Source: Clostridia bacterium (lineage in GTDB: Bacteria; Bacillota; Clostridia; Christensenellales; QALW01). From it: a stretch of DNA of 64,000 bases. The DNA is taken from contig JAZQTV010000108.1 of NCBI GenBank assembly GCA_045630945.1, positions 39,094 through 103,093 of the forward strand. The letters run 5' to 3'. The position numbers were made by a program, and so were the translations under genes. The notes under the pieces are model-generated. The model saw only the letters and a program-made list of their open reading frames with translations. It made no database searches and had not been told where the DNA came from. Each line of letters opens with the position of its first letter. Position 1 is the first letter of the stretch. Below are positions 8,004-17,919 of the stretch, piece by piece.

Positions 8004-10625
8004 ATGAAAGAAATCGCTAAGACCTACGATCCTAAACAGGTTGAGGACAGACTTTACAAGCATTGGATGGAAAAGGGATACTTCCATGCCGAGCCTGACA
8101 AAAACAAGAAGCCTTTTTCAATCGTTATGCCCCCGCCCAACATCACGGGTCAGCTTCATATGGGACATGCGCTTGACAATATGATGCAGGATGCTATTAT
8201 CCGCTTTAAGCGTATGCAGGGATATTCTGCACTCTGGGTGCCCGGCACCGACCACGCAAGCATTGCAACCGAGGTTAAGATTGTTGATGCTATGGCAAAG
8301 GAAGGTCTTAAAAAGGAAGACCTTGGCAGAGAAAAGTTCCTTGAGCGTGCTTGGGAATGGAAAAAACAGTACGGTGGCAGAATAGTTGAGCAGCTTAAAA
8401 AGTTAGGCTCCTCATGTGATTGGGACAGAGAACGCTTTACTATGGACGAAGGCTGTTCAAAGGCTGTTACCGAAGTTTTTGTAAAGCTTTACGAAAAGGG
8501 ACTTATTTATCACGGTTCACGTATAATCAACTGGTGTCCCGAATGTAAAACTGCGCTTTCAGATGCAGAGGTTGAATACGAGGAGCAGGCTTCACATCTT
8601 TGGCATATGCAGTACTTCACACCCGACGGTAAGGATTCCATTACTGTTGCAACAACACGTCCTGAAACGTATATGGGTGATACTGCAGTTGCGGTTCATC
8701 CCGATGATGAAAGGTATAAGCACCTTGTTGGCAAAACGGTTGTGCTTCCCCTTATGAACAGGGAAATTCCCATTGTTGCCGACGAGTACGTTGAAATGGA
8801 ATTCGGAAGCGGCGCGGTTAAAATTACACCTGCACACGACCCCAATGACTTTGAGGTTTCGCTTCGCCACAATCTTCCCGTTATCCGTGTAATGAACGAT
8901 GACGGCACGATTAACGAGGACGGCGGAATTTTTGCAGGTCTTAAGCGTGAGGATGCACGTAAAGAGGTAGTTAATAAGCTTACCGAATGCGGTTGCCTTA
9001 TCAAGACCGAGGATTACACACATAACGTTGGCACCTGCTACCGTTGCCACAGCGCAGTTGAGCCTATTATTTCAAAGCAATGGTTCGTTAAGATGGAAAG
9101 CCTTGCAAAGCCTGCTCTTGAGGCTGTAAGAAACGGTGAAACCAACTTTGTACCCGACAGATTTTCTAAGATTTATTATAATTGGCTTGAAAACATCCGC
9201 GATTGGTGTGTTTCACGTCAGCTTTGGTGGGGACACAGAATTCCTGCATACTACTGTGAGGAATGCGGCGAAACACACGTTGCACGCGAAATGCCCGCGA
9301 AATGTAAAAAGTGTGGTTCAACAAAGCTTTATCAGGATGAGGACGTACTTGATACGTGGTTCTCGTCAGCATTGTGGCCCTTCTCCACGCTCGGTTGGCC
9401 CGAAAAGACGCCTGAGCTTGATTACTACTATCCCACAAGTGCATTGATTACAGGCTACGACATCATTTTCTTCTGGGTTGCCAGAATGATGTTTTCGGGT
9501 ATTGAGCAGATGGGCGACGTTCCCTTTAAGACCGTTCTTATTCACGGTATCGTTCGTGATTCACAGGGCAGAAAGATGTCAAAGAGCCTTGGTAACGGTA
9601 TTGATCCCCTTGAGGTTATTGATAAATACGGTGCTGATGCATTGCGCTTCTCCCTTGCCGCAGGTAACTCACCCGGAAACGATATGCGTTTCTATTGGGA
9701 AAAGGTTGAAGCATACCGCAACTTTGCAAACAAGATATGGAACGCTTCCCGTTTCGTTATGATGAACGTTGAAGGAAGAGAGCTTCCCGATATTAAAGAC
9801 GTTACACTTGACGAGAGCGATAAGTGGATACTTAAAAAGTACAACGCACTTCTTGAAAGCGTTACAAGAAGCTTTGACAGCTATGAGCTTGGTATTGCTG
9901 CGCAAAGCCTTTACGACTTCATCTGGTCAGAATACTGCGACTGGTATATTGAGCTTACCAAACCCCGTCTTTACGGTGAGGATGAGGAAGCAAAAACCAC
10001 CGCTTGCACAGTTCTTAACTACGTGCTTAACAACACCTTAAAGCTTTTGCATCCCCTTATGCCATTCATTACCGAGGAAATATGGACTTCACTTCCCGAT
10101 GCAGGCGAAAGCATTATGATTTCACAGTGGCCCACAGTTGACGAAGCACTTAAGCTTGATACTGATTTTGATGCTGTTGTTGATATTATCAAGAGCATTC
10201 GTAACATCCGTACGGAAATGAACGTTCCCCAGAATAAGAAGACCGAAATTCTTATCTTAACAAAGCTTGATATGGCATCAGCAAGTCAGTACATTGAAAA
10301 GCTTGCCTCCTCAAGCAAGGTTACGTTTATAACACAGAAGCCCGAAAACGAGGATAGTTATGCTTCAACCGTAACAGGTGCCGCGCAGTGCTATATTCCT
10401 ATGGGTGAGCTTGTTGACGTTGAAAAGGAGCTTGAGCGTCTTACCAAGGAAAAGGCTACCATTGAAGCTGAAATCAAGCGTGCCGAGGGCAAGTTAAATA
10501 ACCAAGGCTTTGTTGCAAAGGCACCTGAAAAGCTTATAAACGAAGAAAAAGCAAAGCTTGAAAAATACACAGAAATGCTTAAGAAGGTAAGCGAGCGTCT
10601 TGATTCGCTTAACGGTAACAAGTAA
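8004..10625 (+). CDS. valS: Valine--tRNA ligase
   Basis: Start at ATG 8004 ([14 protein letters not shown]). It has [14 protein letters not shown] (HIGH), KMSKSLGN (KMSKS) and a C-terminal coiled coil. The ORF-track extension from 7911 overlaps the T-box. Confidence 0.95.
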   Translation: MKEIAKTYDPKQVEDRLYKHWMEKGYFHAEPDKNKKPFSIVMPPPNITGQLHMGHALDNMMQDAIIRFKRMQGYSALWVPGTDHASIATEVKIVDAMAKEGLKKEDLGREKFLERAWEWKKQYGGRIVEQLKKLGSSCDWDRERFTMDEGCSKAVTEVFVKLYEKGLIYHGSRIINWCPECKTALSDAEVEYEEQASHLWHMQYFTPDGKDSITVATTRPETYMGDTAVAVHPDDERYKHLVGKTVVLPLMNREIPIVADEYVEMEFGSGAVKITPAHDPNDFEVSLRHNLPVIRVMNDDGTINEDGGIFAGLKREDARKEVVNKLTECGCLIKTEDYTHNVGTCYRCHSAVEPIISKQWFVKMESLAKPALEAVRNGETNFVPDRFSKIYYNWLENIRDWCVSRQLWWGHRIPAYYCEECGETHVAREMPAKCKKCGSTKLYQDEDVLDTWFSSALWPFSTLGWPEKTPELDYYYPTSALITGYDIIFFWVARMMFSGIEQMGDVPFKTVLIHGIVRDSQGRKMSKSLGNGIDPLEVIDKYGADALRFSLAAGNSPGNDMRFYWEKVEAYRNFANKIWNASRFVMMNVEGRELPDIKDVTLDESDKWILKKYNALLESVTRSFDSYELGIAAQSLYDFIWSEYCDWYIELTKPRLYGEDEEAKTTACTVLNYVLNNTLKLLHPLMPFITEEIWTSLPDAGESIMISQWPTVDEALKLDTDFDAVVDIIKSIRNIRTEMNVPQNKKTEILILTKLDMASASQYIEKLASSSKVTFITQKPENEDSYASTVTGAAQCYIPMGELVDVEKELERLTKEKATIEAEIKRAEGKLNNQGFVAKAPEKLINEEKAKLEKYTEMLKKVSERLDSLNGNK

Positions 10626-11113
10626 TGGGACTTATTCCTACCCTGCGTTACAAGAGGATATGTAACATTCCCCTTGATAAGCTTAAAGAATTAAACATAA
10701 AGCTTATTCTTCTTGATATGGATAACACCGTTGCGCTTTGGCGTGCAAGCGAGGTTTCCGAGGAAACGACCCAATGGGTGAAAAGGGCAAAGGAGGAAGG
10801 CTTCCGTGTTGCGCTTTTCACCAATTCAAAGGGTATGAACGCCGATACCATTGGCAAAAACCTTGATATTGAGGTGTTTAAAAACGCAAAAAAGCCTTTT
10901 AAGGCACCCACTAAAAAGCTTTTAAGCACCCTCGGTATTGTCCCCGAAAACGTGCTTATGGTTGGTGATCAGCTTTTTACGGATATTCAGCTTGCAAACA
11001 GCGTAAAGGCAAAAAGCGTGCTTCTTGAGCCGTTAAGTGACTACGAATGGTGGTGCACCAAGGTGTTTAACCGTTCAAGAGAAAAGCTTGTTTGGAAATT
11101 TTTATTCAAATAA
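10625..11113 (+). CDS. YqeG-family HAD IIIA phosphatase
   Basis: LDMDNTV (HAD motif I), FTNS, KKPF and MVGDQLFTDI (motif IV). It starts 1 nt after the valS stop. Confidence 0.7.
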   Translation: MGLIPTLRYKRICNIPLDKLKELNIKLILLDMDNTVALWRASEVSEETTQWVKRAKEEGFRVALFTNSKGMNADTIGKNLDIEVFKNAKKPFKAPTKKLLSTLGIVPENVLMVGDQLFTDIQLANSVKAKSVLLEPLSDYEWWCTKVFNRSREKLVWKFLFK

Positions 11114-11188
11114 TATCAAGTTTTTACCGATTTTTTATATACAAAAACGGAAAAATATGTTATCATATTACAGAAAGTGGAGTTTTAA

Positions 11189-12226
11189 GTGTTAAAAGCT
11201 CTTTTAGAGAAATTCCCGCAACTTGAAGGCTACGCAATCTCAAACCCCGCGGATATATTTTATCTTACGGGATATTATTCCGTTGATGCGCTTTTACTGT
11301 ATTCCCCATCGCCCGTGCTTGTTACGGACAGTAGATATACAGTTGCCGCAAGGGTTGCTTCCTGCCCCGTTAAAATTATTAACGGAAGCTATATTGACGG
11401 CATAATTGAAGAAGCAAAGGTGCAAGGCATCAGCAAGTTAGGTATTCAAGAGGATTATCTTACTGCCGCAAATTACGTTACGCTTTCAGAAAACGGTTTT
11501 TCGCTTTTTAAAACTGAAAATATTTTTACCTCATTACGTTGTCAGAAGACGGATACCGAGGTTGAAAATATAATAAATGCGCAAAAGATAACAGACGAAG
11601 CTTTCAGGCAGATACTTCCCTTTATAAAGGAAGGTGTTACCGAAAAGGAAGTTCGTGCGCGCCTTGAATACATTATGTTTTCATTGGGCGCTGACGGCAT
11701 TGCTTTTGATACAATAGTTGCTTCGGGCACAAACGGTGCAAAGCCGCACGCGGTACCAAGCGACAAAAAAATTAAAATCGGCGAATTCGTTACCCTTGAT
11801 TTCGGCGCACGGCTTAACAACTACAATTCGGATATGACGCGTACCGTGCTTGTAGGTAAGGCTACCAATGAAATGCTTAACGTGTATAACACCGTATTAA
11901 AGGCACACGAGAAGGCAAGAGATGCGCTTCGCCCCGGCATAAAGGGTTGCGAGGTTGATAAGATTGCGCGCGATATTATTTCACAGGCAGGCTACGGTGA
12001 ATGCTTTTCACATTCTTTAGGTCACGGTGTGGGCATTGAAATACACGAATCGCCACGGCTTTCTTCAAGAAGCAACGACGTACTCAGTATTGGCGACGTA
12101 GTTACGGTTGAGCCGGGCATTTACATTGAAGGCGATATGGGTGTGCGCATTGAAAATATGTACGTTATTACCCGCGACGGTTACAAAAATTTAACTATTG
12201 CGGATAAAAAACTAATAAATTTATAA
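11189..12226 (+). CDS. Xaa-Pro aminopeptidase (M24 family)
   Basis: Creatinase-like N-domain followed by the M24 metal ligands (DFGA..NNYNSDMTRT, HSLGHGVGIEIHE, VEPGIY, RIEN). GTG start. The conserved position upstream of efp supports the call. Confidence 0.8.
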   Translation: MLKALLEKFPQLEGYAISNPADIFYLTGYYSVDALLLYSPSPVLVTDSRYTVAARVASCPVKIINGSYIDGIIEEAKVQGISKLGIQEDYLTAANYVTLSENGFSLFKTENIFTSLRCQKTDTEVENIINAQKITDEAFRQILPFIKEGVTEKEVRARLEYIMFSLGADGIAFDTIVASGTNGAKPHAVPSDKKIKIGEFVTLDFGARLNNYNSDMTRTVLVGKATNEMLNVYNTVLKAHEKARDALRPGIKGCEVDKIARDIISQAGYGECFSHSLGHGVGIEIHESPRLSSRSNDVLSIGDVVTVEPGIYIEGDMGVRIENMYVITRDGYKNLTIADKKLINL

Positions 12227-12250
12227 TAATAATTTAGGAGGAAACTCAAA

Positions 12251-12808
12251 ATGATTACAGCAGGTGAATTCAGAAAGGGTATTACAGTAGAAATCGACGG
12301 CAACGTTTATATTATCGTTGAATTCCTTCACGTTAAGCCCGGCAAAGGCGCTGCTTTTGTTAGAACAAAGATTAAGAACGTTATGACAGGTCAGGTGCTT
12401 GAGCGCACCTTCAACCCCAACGAAAAGTATCCCCTTGCCCATATCGAGCGTAAGGAAATGCAGTATCTTTACAACGATGAAGGTCTTTACTACTTCATGG
12501 ATAACGAGACCTATGAGCAGATCGCACTTGATAAGGAATCAGTTGATTCAGCACTTCCCTATCTCAAGGATAACCTTGAGGTTACAATTAAGTTCTATAA
12601 GGGTGCTGCTTTCTCAGTTGATGCACCTAACTTTGTTGAGTTTGAGATTATCGATGCTGAACCCGGTGTTAAGGGCGATACAGCTACAAACGTAACAAAG
12701 CAGGCTACCATTGAAACAGGCTTCAAGGTAAACGTACCCCTGTTCGTAAACGTTGGCGACCGTATCAGAATCGATACCCGTACAGGCGAATATATGGATC
12801 GCGTATAA
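12251..12808 (+). CDS. efp: Elongation factor P
   Basis: [43 protein letters not shown]... is a canonical EF-P. A strong RBS (AGGAGG) lies upstream. Confidence 0.95.
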   Translation: MITAGEFRKGITVEIDGNVYIIVEFLHVKPGKGAAFVRTKIKNVMTGQVLERTFNPNEKYPLAHIERKEMQYLYNDEGLYYFMDNETYEQIALDKESVDSALPYLKDNLEVTIKFYKGAAFSVDAPNFVEFEIIDAEPGVKGDTATNVTKQATIETGFKVNVPLFVNVGDRIRIDTRTGEYMDRV

Positions 12809-12823
12809 TTTGGAGGTTTTTAA

Positions 12824-13285
12824 ATGTCAGTAGAAAAGAAAGTTCAATATCTTAAGGGCCTTGCAGACGGTCTTGATATTAATAGCGATACCAAAGAAGG
12901 TAAGCTTTTGCTTGCCATAATCGACACACTTTCATCCATCGCTAACGAGCTTGAGGACGTTGATGATGAACTTACACAGCTTGGCGAATACGTTGAAGAG
13001 CTTGACAACGATCTTTTAGAGGTTGAAGAGTATCTTTACGATGATGACGATGATTGTGATTGTGATTGCTGTGACTGCGATTGTGACGATGACGATTGCT
13101 GCTGCTGCGATTGCGATGATGACGATGATGATTGTTGCTGCTGTTGCTGTGACGACGATGATGACGATTTTGAGTATACAGAGTACGTTTGCCCTGCATG
13201 CAAGGAAACCGTTTCATTCTCAGGCGAATTTGCAGACGATGAGTTTGTTTGCCCCAGCTGCGGTGCAAAATTAGAAGAAGCTTAA
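12824..13285 (+). CDS. CD1247 N-terminal-domain-like small protein with a 43-residue Asp/Cys-only tract and a C-terminal zinc ribbon
   Basis: N-terminus is YLKGLADGLDINSDTKEGKLLLAIIDTL... A D/C-only tract follows, then CPACKE...(17)...CPSCG. GGAGG RBS. Position just after efp. Confidence 0.6.
   Translation: MSVEKKVQYLKGLADGLDINSDTKEGKLLLAIIDTLSSIANELEDVDDELTQLGEYVEELDNDLLEVEEYLYDDDDDCDCDCCDCDCDDDDCCCCDCDDDDDDCCCCCCDDDDDDFEYTEYVCPACKETVSFSGEFADDEFVCPSCGAKLEEA
13040..13168 (+). repeat. In-frame cryptic GAY/TGY trinucleotide tract (26 Asp + 17 Cys, no other residue)
   Basis: The 129 nt are read directly and consist only of GAT/GAC/TGT/TGC codons: DDDDDCDCDCCDCDCDDDDCCCCDCDDDDDDCCCCCCDDDDDD. 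Confidence 0.9.
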
Positions 13286-13299
13286 TATTTTGCAATAAC

Positions 13300-13339
13300 A
13301 AAAAAACACCGACAAAAAAATGTCGGTGTTTTTTGTTTT
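13300..13339. terminator. Bidirectional intrinsic terminator between convergent genes
   Basis: caccgaca(13307-13314)/tgtcggtg(13321-13328), flanked by an A-run on the left and a T-run on the right. Confidence 0.7.
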
Positions 13340-13346
13340 CATTAAA

Positions 13347-14105
13347 TTATCCAAATAGCTTTAACGCAGTTTTAAGGCTTTCGTTTCTATCAAGCAACGG
13401 CGAATATTCTAAACCAAGCGCGCCCTTATAGCCTGCCTTATCGATTTCGTCAATAATAAAGCGATAATTATTCTCGCCGTTTTGCATTTCGTGCCTGCCA
13501 GGATGCCCCGCACCGTGAAGATGGGCAATATACTGAAGATTGTTCTTTATATTGGGTATTATATTTCCTTCCATCACCTGCTGATGATAGATATCATATA
13601 CCACCTTTACATTTTCACTGTTTACTTCCTTTACTATGTCAAAGGCTTCGATTGATGACCACAGGTAATATCCCGGATGATTAACGTGGGTATTAAGCGG
13701 CTCTATCATAACGGTTACACCGTACTTTTCAAGTATGGATGCGCCAATTTTAAGACCTTCGACAATTGATGCGTGCTGAACGGCTCTGTCAGCGCCCGTA
13801 TCGGCACCAACCTGAGTAATAAGTTTTTTTACACCAAGCTTATTTGCGGCAATACAGCTTTCGTGAATACCCTCAACCCACGCATTTCTAAACGCAGAGT
13901 CGGTCAGATTAAACGCGGTGGTACACATACTTAAAAGTTCAACACCAGTTTCCTTAAGCGTGTCGCTTACTCTTTCTAAATCAAGATTGCGCCACGAATA
14001 CGTTTCCACTGCATTATAACCAAGCGCAGATATTTGCTTTACTGCATCGCAAAAATCCACTTCCTTCAAATTAAAGAAGCAAGGAACTACTACGCATAAT
14101 CTCAT
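13347..14105 (-). CDS. Sugar phosphate isomerase/epimerase, xylose-isomerase-like TIM barrel (hydroxypyruvate isomerase-like)
   Basis: 252 aa. GYNAVE, IEPLN and HLHGAGHPGRHE are the typical AP_endonuc_2/Hyi-like metal-ligand pattern. Confidence 0.7.
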   Translation of the reverse strand: MRLCVVVPCFFNLKEVDFCDAVKQISALGYNAVETYSWRNLDLERVSDTLKETGVELLSMCTTAFNLTDSAFRNAWVEGIHESCIAANKLGVKKLITQVGADTGADRAVQHASIVEGLKIGASILEKYGVTVMIEPLNTHVNHPGYYLWSSIEAFDIVKEVNSENVKVVYDIYHQQVMEGNIIPNIKNNLQYIAHLHGAGHPGRHEMQNGENNYRFIIDEIDKAGYKGALGLEYSPLLDRNESLKTALKLFG

Positions 14106-14116
14106 AACAATACTCC

Positions 14117-16759
14117 TTAAATATTAGCACTTACCGTATGCCTTCCCTTAGGAAACGCCTTTACGTTGCCATCGGGCAATATTAAGGTTACGTTACGTTC
14201 ACTTGAGAACGTATATACAACCTTATTATCCTCAACGTACCATTCAACACTTATCAAGCCGTAAACCGTCTTAAGTTGTGCTTTAAACTCACCTATTTCC
14301 TTAATGAACGTAGGTCTTAACACAACGTGCGAAAAGCCGGGGGTGGATTCCTTATAACGAATGCCGCCAAGATATTCAAACATCCATCCCGTTACAGTAC
14401 CGAAAACGAAGTGGTTCATACTGCAACTTGCTTCAAATTCCATATCCTTTATGCCTTTCCAGGATTCAGGAAGTGTTGTAAGCCCCTTTATCATATTCTT
14501 CCATGAAGGATGTTCTTCCCTGTCAAGAAGCATAAACGCAGTATCCTTATAGCCGTAATCGCACAAAACGCCAAGCACAAGAGCAGTTGTTACACCGCCC
14601 GTGGTAAGATGTCCCTTTTCAAGTATCTTCTCATTCAGCTTCTTTGCCAATGCCTTTTCCCTGTATACAGGCACAAGACCAAGCGCAAGGGGAAGTATTA
14701 TGGACGCCTGTGACTCAGGAGTGTACTCATTCTTTTCATTATCGAAGAATTTTTTATTAAACGCATCTATTGCAGGCTCAACCATTGCCGCAAATTCGTC
14801 ACTTGTTTTGTAATCGCCCAGAACCTCGGCTATCTGCGACACGATTTTAAGCATATAGCAATAATAGCAGCAAGCAAAGAAATTTTGGTCAAGCACAATG
14901 CCCTCGGGTGCAAGCCAATCACTGAAGCTTGATGCATCGGTAGGCAGTAAATTCTTTGTCTGATCGCATCTTGAACGTGCGTACTTAACGATTCCGTCGT
15001 AGCATTCTTCAAGCACGTTCTTATCACGATAGAACCTGTAAAGTGTCCAGGGCAAGATATATTTTTCATCGCCCCAACCGTATACGGCTTCGCACATTTT
15101 TCTGCCCGTATGCGTCCAACGCGCAATAAAATCATCGCAGTCGGAAAGATAACACGCAGTAGCAATAAATATCTGTGCATCACCCGTCCAATAATTCTTT
15201 TCGCGGGTAGGACAATCCATCGGTCCGTTTACAATGTTACTGTACCACGTGCGTGCCGTCATATCGAAAAGCTGATTTATAAGGGGATAACTGCTTTTTA
15301 ACGTACCTGTTTTTTTAAGGTCGTTATGCATTACGTTCATTGCAATATCCTTGATTTGCGACCTGTCCTTTACACCCTCAATGCACAGGTATCTGAAACC
15401 TGTGAACGCAAACCTTGGACGGTACGTTTCCGTTTCACCGCCCTTACAGGTGTAAAAATCGAAGTTGCGCATACAGCCTAACGCTCTGCCATCGTAAATA
15501 CTGTCACGGTTAAAGAACACGGGAGTATAAACGCCCACCATAAATTCGCCCATTTCATCAAGGCGCTCACACATACTTAATTTTATTTCCTGTCCCTTGA
15601 AGGTATTTAAAAACGTAACGTCATACCTGCCTGCACAGTTTTCGCCAAAGTCGTATATGATTCTTGTATCACGCATCATCGTTTTAACGGGCGCAATCCT
15701 GCGTATTACCTTTACGGGCGGATACGAGCGTGCGACAAATTCCCTTGCTTCAAGAGAACGTGGTGCTGAATCAACCTTAGCCCAATCAGAATCGTCAAAC
15801 TCTGCACTGCACCAATTTTCTATTTCACACCGTGCATCATAACGTTCACCGAACTGCAAATCGTTATCGGTCAACGGCGAAAACGCACATTTAAAATCCT
15901 GATCAGTTCCTATAATCTCGCTTGTGCCGTCAGAATAGGTAATTTCAAGCTCCATTATAAGCATATTTTTGTTCATATATACCGAGGAATGCGACTCACT
16001 GTTAAGCCAGCCGTTACCCGTTATTGCACCAAGCACGTTCTTGCCTGTTTTTATAAGCAAGGTAACGTCAAAAACGTGAAATTCCTTAACGGTTTCACAA
16101 ACACCATCGGAAAACACCTCGTCATCGGTGCGCATACCGTTAATATAAGCCTCTGAAAGTCCCTGCGTTGAAGCGTAAAGAAGCGCCTTTTCTACCGTTC
16201 CCGTAACCTCGAACGCTTTTCTCATATAAAGCGAACGCTTAAAAAGGCGGGGATGTATTACGCACGCATAGGTCTGGCTATACGTTCTTTGCGCCATAGT
16301 CATCCAATTCTCAGGCTCATCATTCTCCCAGAACGTTACGGGAATATACGATTGCCAGCTTTCGTCGGTGACTATTAACGTTTCCGCACTCCTTATCATA
16401 CCCGTGATTGCAGAGGTAAAGAACCTATCGTCATTAGTCTGATAAGAACGGATATTTATTCTGTTTTCGCCGTTCTGAAGGAATTCAGTAACGTCACCTG
16501 AAAACTTGCGTTTATTAAGGGAAACAGGCTTTCCGTTTATAAACAAATCGAACGCATTATCACAAATAAACTGCGCCTTTGTAGGCAGAACCTCTTCAAT
16601 TTCAAAGGTTTTGCGGATATATACCCTTGTGTAAAACACAGGCCATATCCATTTTGCACCCTCTATATTTTCTATATTCTCTGCGGTTTTTAAAAATTCG
16701 TCGGCACCGAATATCCACTTCGAATTATTAAATTCTCTTTTTTCAACCGAATAAGCCAT
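14117..16759 (-). CDS. Alpha-L-rhamnosidase (GH78 family)
   Basis: 880 aa. It has the N-terminal rhamnosidase beta-sandwich pattern (WIWP..., FINGK) and a six-hairpin domain with DCPTREKNYWTGDAQI, the conserved GH78 DCP.RE+.GW.GD motif. Confidence 0.75.
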   Translation of the reverse strand: MAYSVEKREFNNSKWIFGADEFLKTAENIENIEGAKWIWPVFYTRVYIRKTFEIEEVLPTKAQFICDNAFDLFINGKPVSLNKRKFSGDVTEFLQNGENRINIRSYQTNDDRFFTSAITGMIRSAETLIVTDESWQSYIPVTFWENDEPENWMTMAQRTYSQTYACVIHPRLFKRSLYMRKAFEVTGTVEKALLYASTQGLSEAYINGMRTDDEVFSDGVCETVKEFHVFDVTLLIKTGKNVLGAITGNGWLNSESHSSVYMNKNMLIMELEITYSDGTSEIIGTDQDFKCAFSPLTDNDLQFGERYDARCEIENWCSAEFDDSDWAKVDSAPRSLEAREFVARSYPPVKVIRRIAPVKTMMRDTRIIYDFGENCAGRYDVTFLNTFKGQEIKLSMCERLDEMGEFMVGVYTPVFFNRDSIYDGRALGCMRNFDFYTCKGGETETYRPRFAFTGFRYLCIEGVKDRSQIKDIAMNVMHNDLKKTGTLKSSYPLINQLFDMTARTWYSNIVNGPMDCPTREKNYWTGDAQIFIATACYLSDCDDFIARWTHTGRKMCEAVYGWGDEKYILPWTLYRFYRDKNVLEECYDGIVKYARSRCDQTKNLLPTDASSFSDWLAPEGIVLDQNFFACCYYCYMLKIVSQIAEVLGDYKTSDEFAAMVEPAIDAFNKKFFDNEKNEYTPESQASIILPLALGLVPVYREKALAKKLNEKILEKGHLTTGGVTTALVLGVLCDYGYKDTAFMLLDREEHPSWKNMIKGLTTLPESWKGIKDMEFEASCSMNHFVFGTVTGWMFEYLGGIRYKESTPGFSHVVLRPTFIKEIGEFKAQLKTVYGLISVEWYVEDNKVVYTFSSERNVTLILPDGNVKAFPKGRHTVSANI

Positions 16760-16841
16760 AAATTATCTCCCATATAAATTCGTTACGTATATTATAGCAT
16801 ATGCAACTTACTAATTCAATATAAAACCATAGGGTTAATAC

Positions 16842-16872
16842 AAAAAAATCCCGCATAATTTGCGGGATTTTT
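16842..16872 (-). terminator. Intrinsic terminator after the Gfo/Idh/MocA pair
   Basis: atcccgca(16848-16855)/tgcgggat(16861-16868), with A/T runs on both sides. Confidence 0.65.
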
Positions 16873-16884
16873 CAACTGATTAAA

Positions 16885-17901
16885 TTAAATTTCAGGGTAT
16901 TTGATATTAACAGGCTTGCCTGTTTGTGTTGATTCAACCGTTGCACAGGCAACCGCTACCGTTGCGGCACCGTCATAAGAAGATACCGGAACCTTTCTGC
17001 CTGCCATAAGTGCTTTTACAAAGGTGTTGATCTCGTCCTCTGCATTGTGGTCCTTCGGCGGAACCTTGATGATCTGTTCATCGTGGTAGTTCTTGCCCTC
17101 TGCATCCTCGTAAAGAATTACCTCACCGGGTACGTTTTGTGCAATTATTGTACCCTTTGTGCCGTAAAATACTGAACGCATCGTATATGCACGCTTAGCA
17201 CCGTTCGAAACGAACACCTTGCCCATTACGTTGTTAGGGAATTTATAAATAGCAATAGTGGTATCATCGGTGGGCCAATCGGTCATAATCTTATGGTTTG
17301 CGTGTGCATAAACCTCATAAGGATCGCCTGCAATCCATCTTAAAAGGTCGATTGCGTGACAGCCACCGCCAACAACGGTATTGCGTTCGGGCACCATACG
17401 CCAATTATTATAGCCCTTCGAATCATCGTAGTTGTGTGCGTATTCGCTTTCTACAAAAACAAGCTCGCCTATCGTGCCTGCATCTATAAGCTCTTTCGCC
17501 TTAATGAACGTGGGGTTGCAACGGCATATCTGACCTATCATAAGCTGCTTGCCCGTTTCCTTTTCGGTGCGCATCATATCCTCGCACTCTTCAAGCGTAA
17601 GCGCCATAGGCTTTTCGCAAAGCACGTCTTTGCCCGCCCTAAGAAATGCGTTTACCATTTCCTTATGAAGCTGATCAGGCGTAACAATGATAACTGCATC
17701 AATATTTTCATCATCAAGCAGTTCCTTATAATCACTTGTTACTACCTGAGGCTCGAACTCATTTCTGAACTCCTCAAGTCTTTCTGCTGCAGTATCGCAG
17801 ATACCATAAAGCACTGCACCGTTTGCAACAACACCCTTTGCGTGTCTTTTTCCCATGGGACTGCATCCTACAAGCGCAATATTAAGCTTTTCCTTACTCA
17901 T
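16885..17901 (-). CDS. Gfo/Idh/MocA family oxidoreductase (copy 1)
   Basis: Start at ATG 17901 (MSKEKLNIALVGCSPMG, Rossmann fold) with a GAGG RBS. The EKP motif appears as LCEKPMAL. It is about two-thirds identical by eye to the adjacent copy. Confidence 0.8.
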   Translation of the reverse strand: MSKEKLNIALVGCSPMGKRHAKGVVANGAVLYGICDTAAERLEEFRNEFEPQVVTSDYKELLDDENIDAVIIVTPDQLHKEMVNAFLRAGKDVLCEKPMALTLEECEDMMRTEKETGKQLMIGQICRCNPTFIKAKELIDAGTIGELVFVESEYAHNYDDSKGYNNWRMVPERNTVVGGGCHAIDLLRWIAGDPYEVYAHANHKIMTDWPTDDTTIAIYKFPNNVMGKVFVSNGAKRAYTMRSVFYGTKGTIIAQNVPGEVILYEDAEGKNYHDEQIIKVPPKDHNAEDEINTFVKALMAGRKVPVSSYDGAATVAVACATVESTQTGKPVNIKYPEI

Positions 17902-17919
17902 TTTTATGTACCTCACTTT

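Noticed and set aside
13040-13168. The repetitive tract as a non-coding microsatellite or CRISPR-like repeat
   Set aside because: It is strictly in frame within a well-supported ORF and has no spacer/repeat periodicity. It is a coding low-complexity tract.
13023-13301. Alternative-frame ORFs across the D/C tract (13023-13274 plus strand, MTMI/AAV-rich; 12972-13301 minus strand, H/R/N/S-rich)
   Set aside because: They are artefacts of the GAY/TGY codon repeat, which stays open in other frames. Only frame +2 (12824-13285) has an RBS, a structured N-domain and a zinc ribbon.
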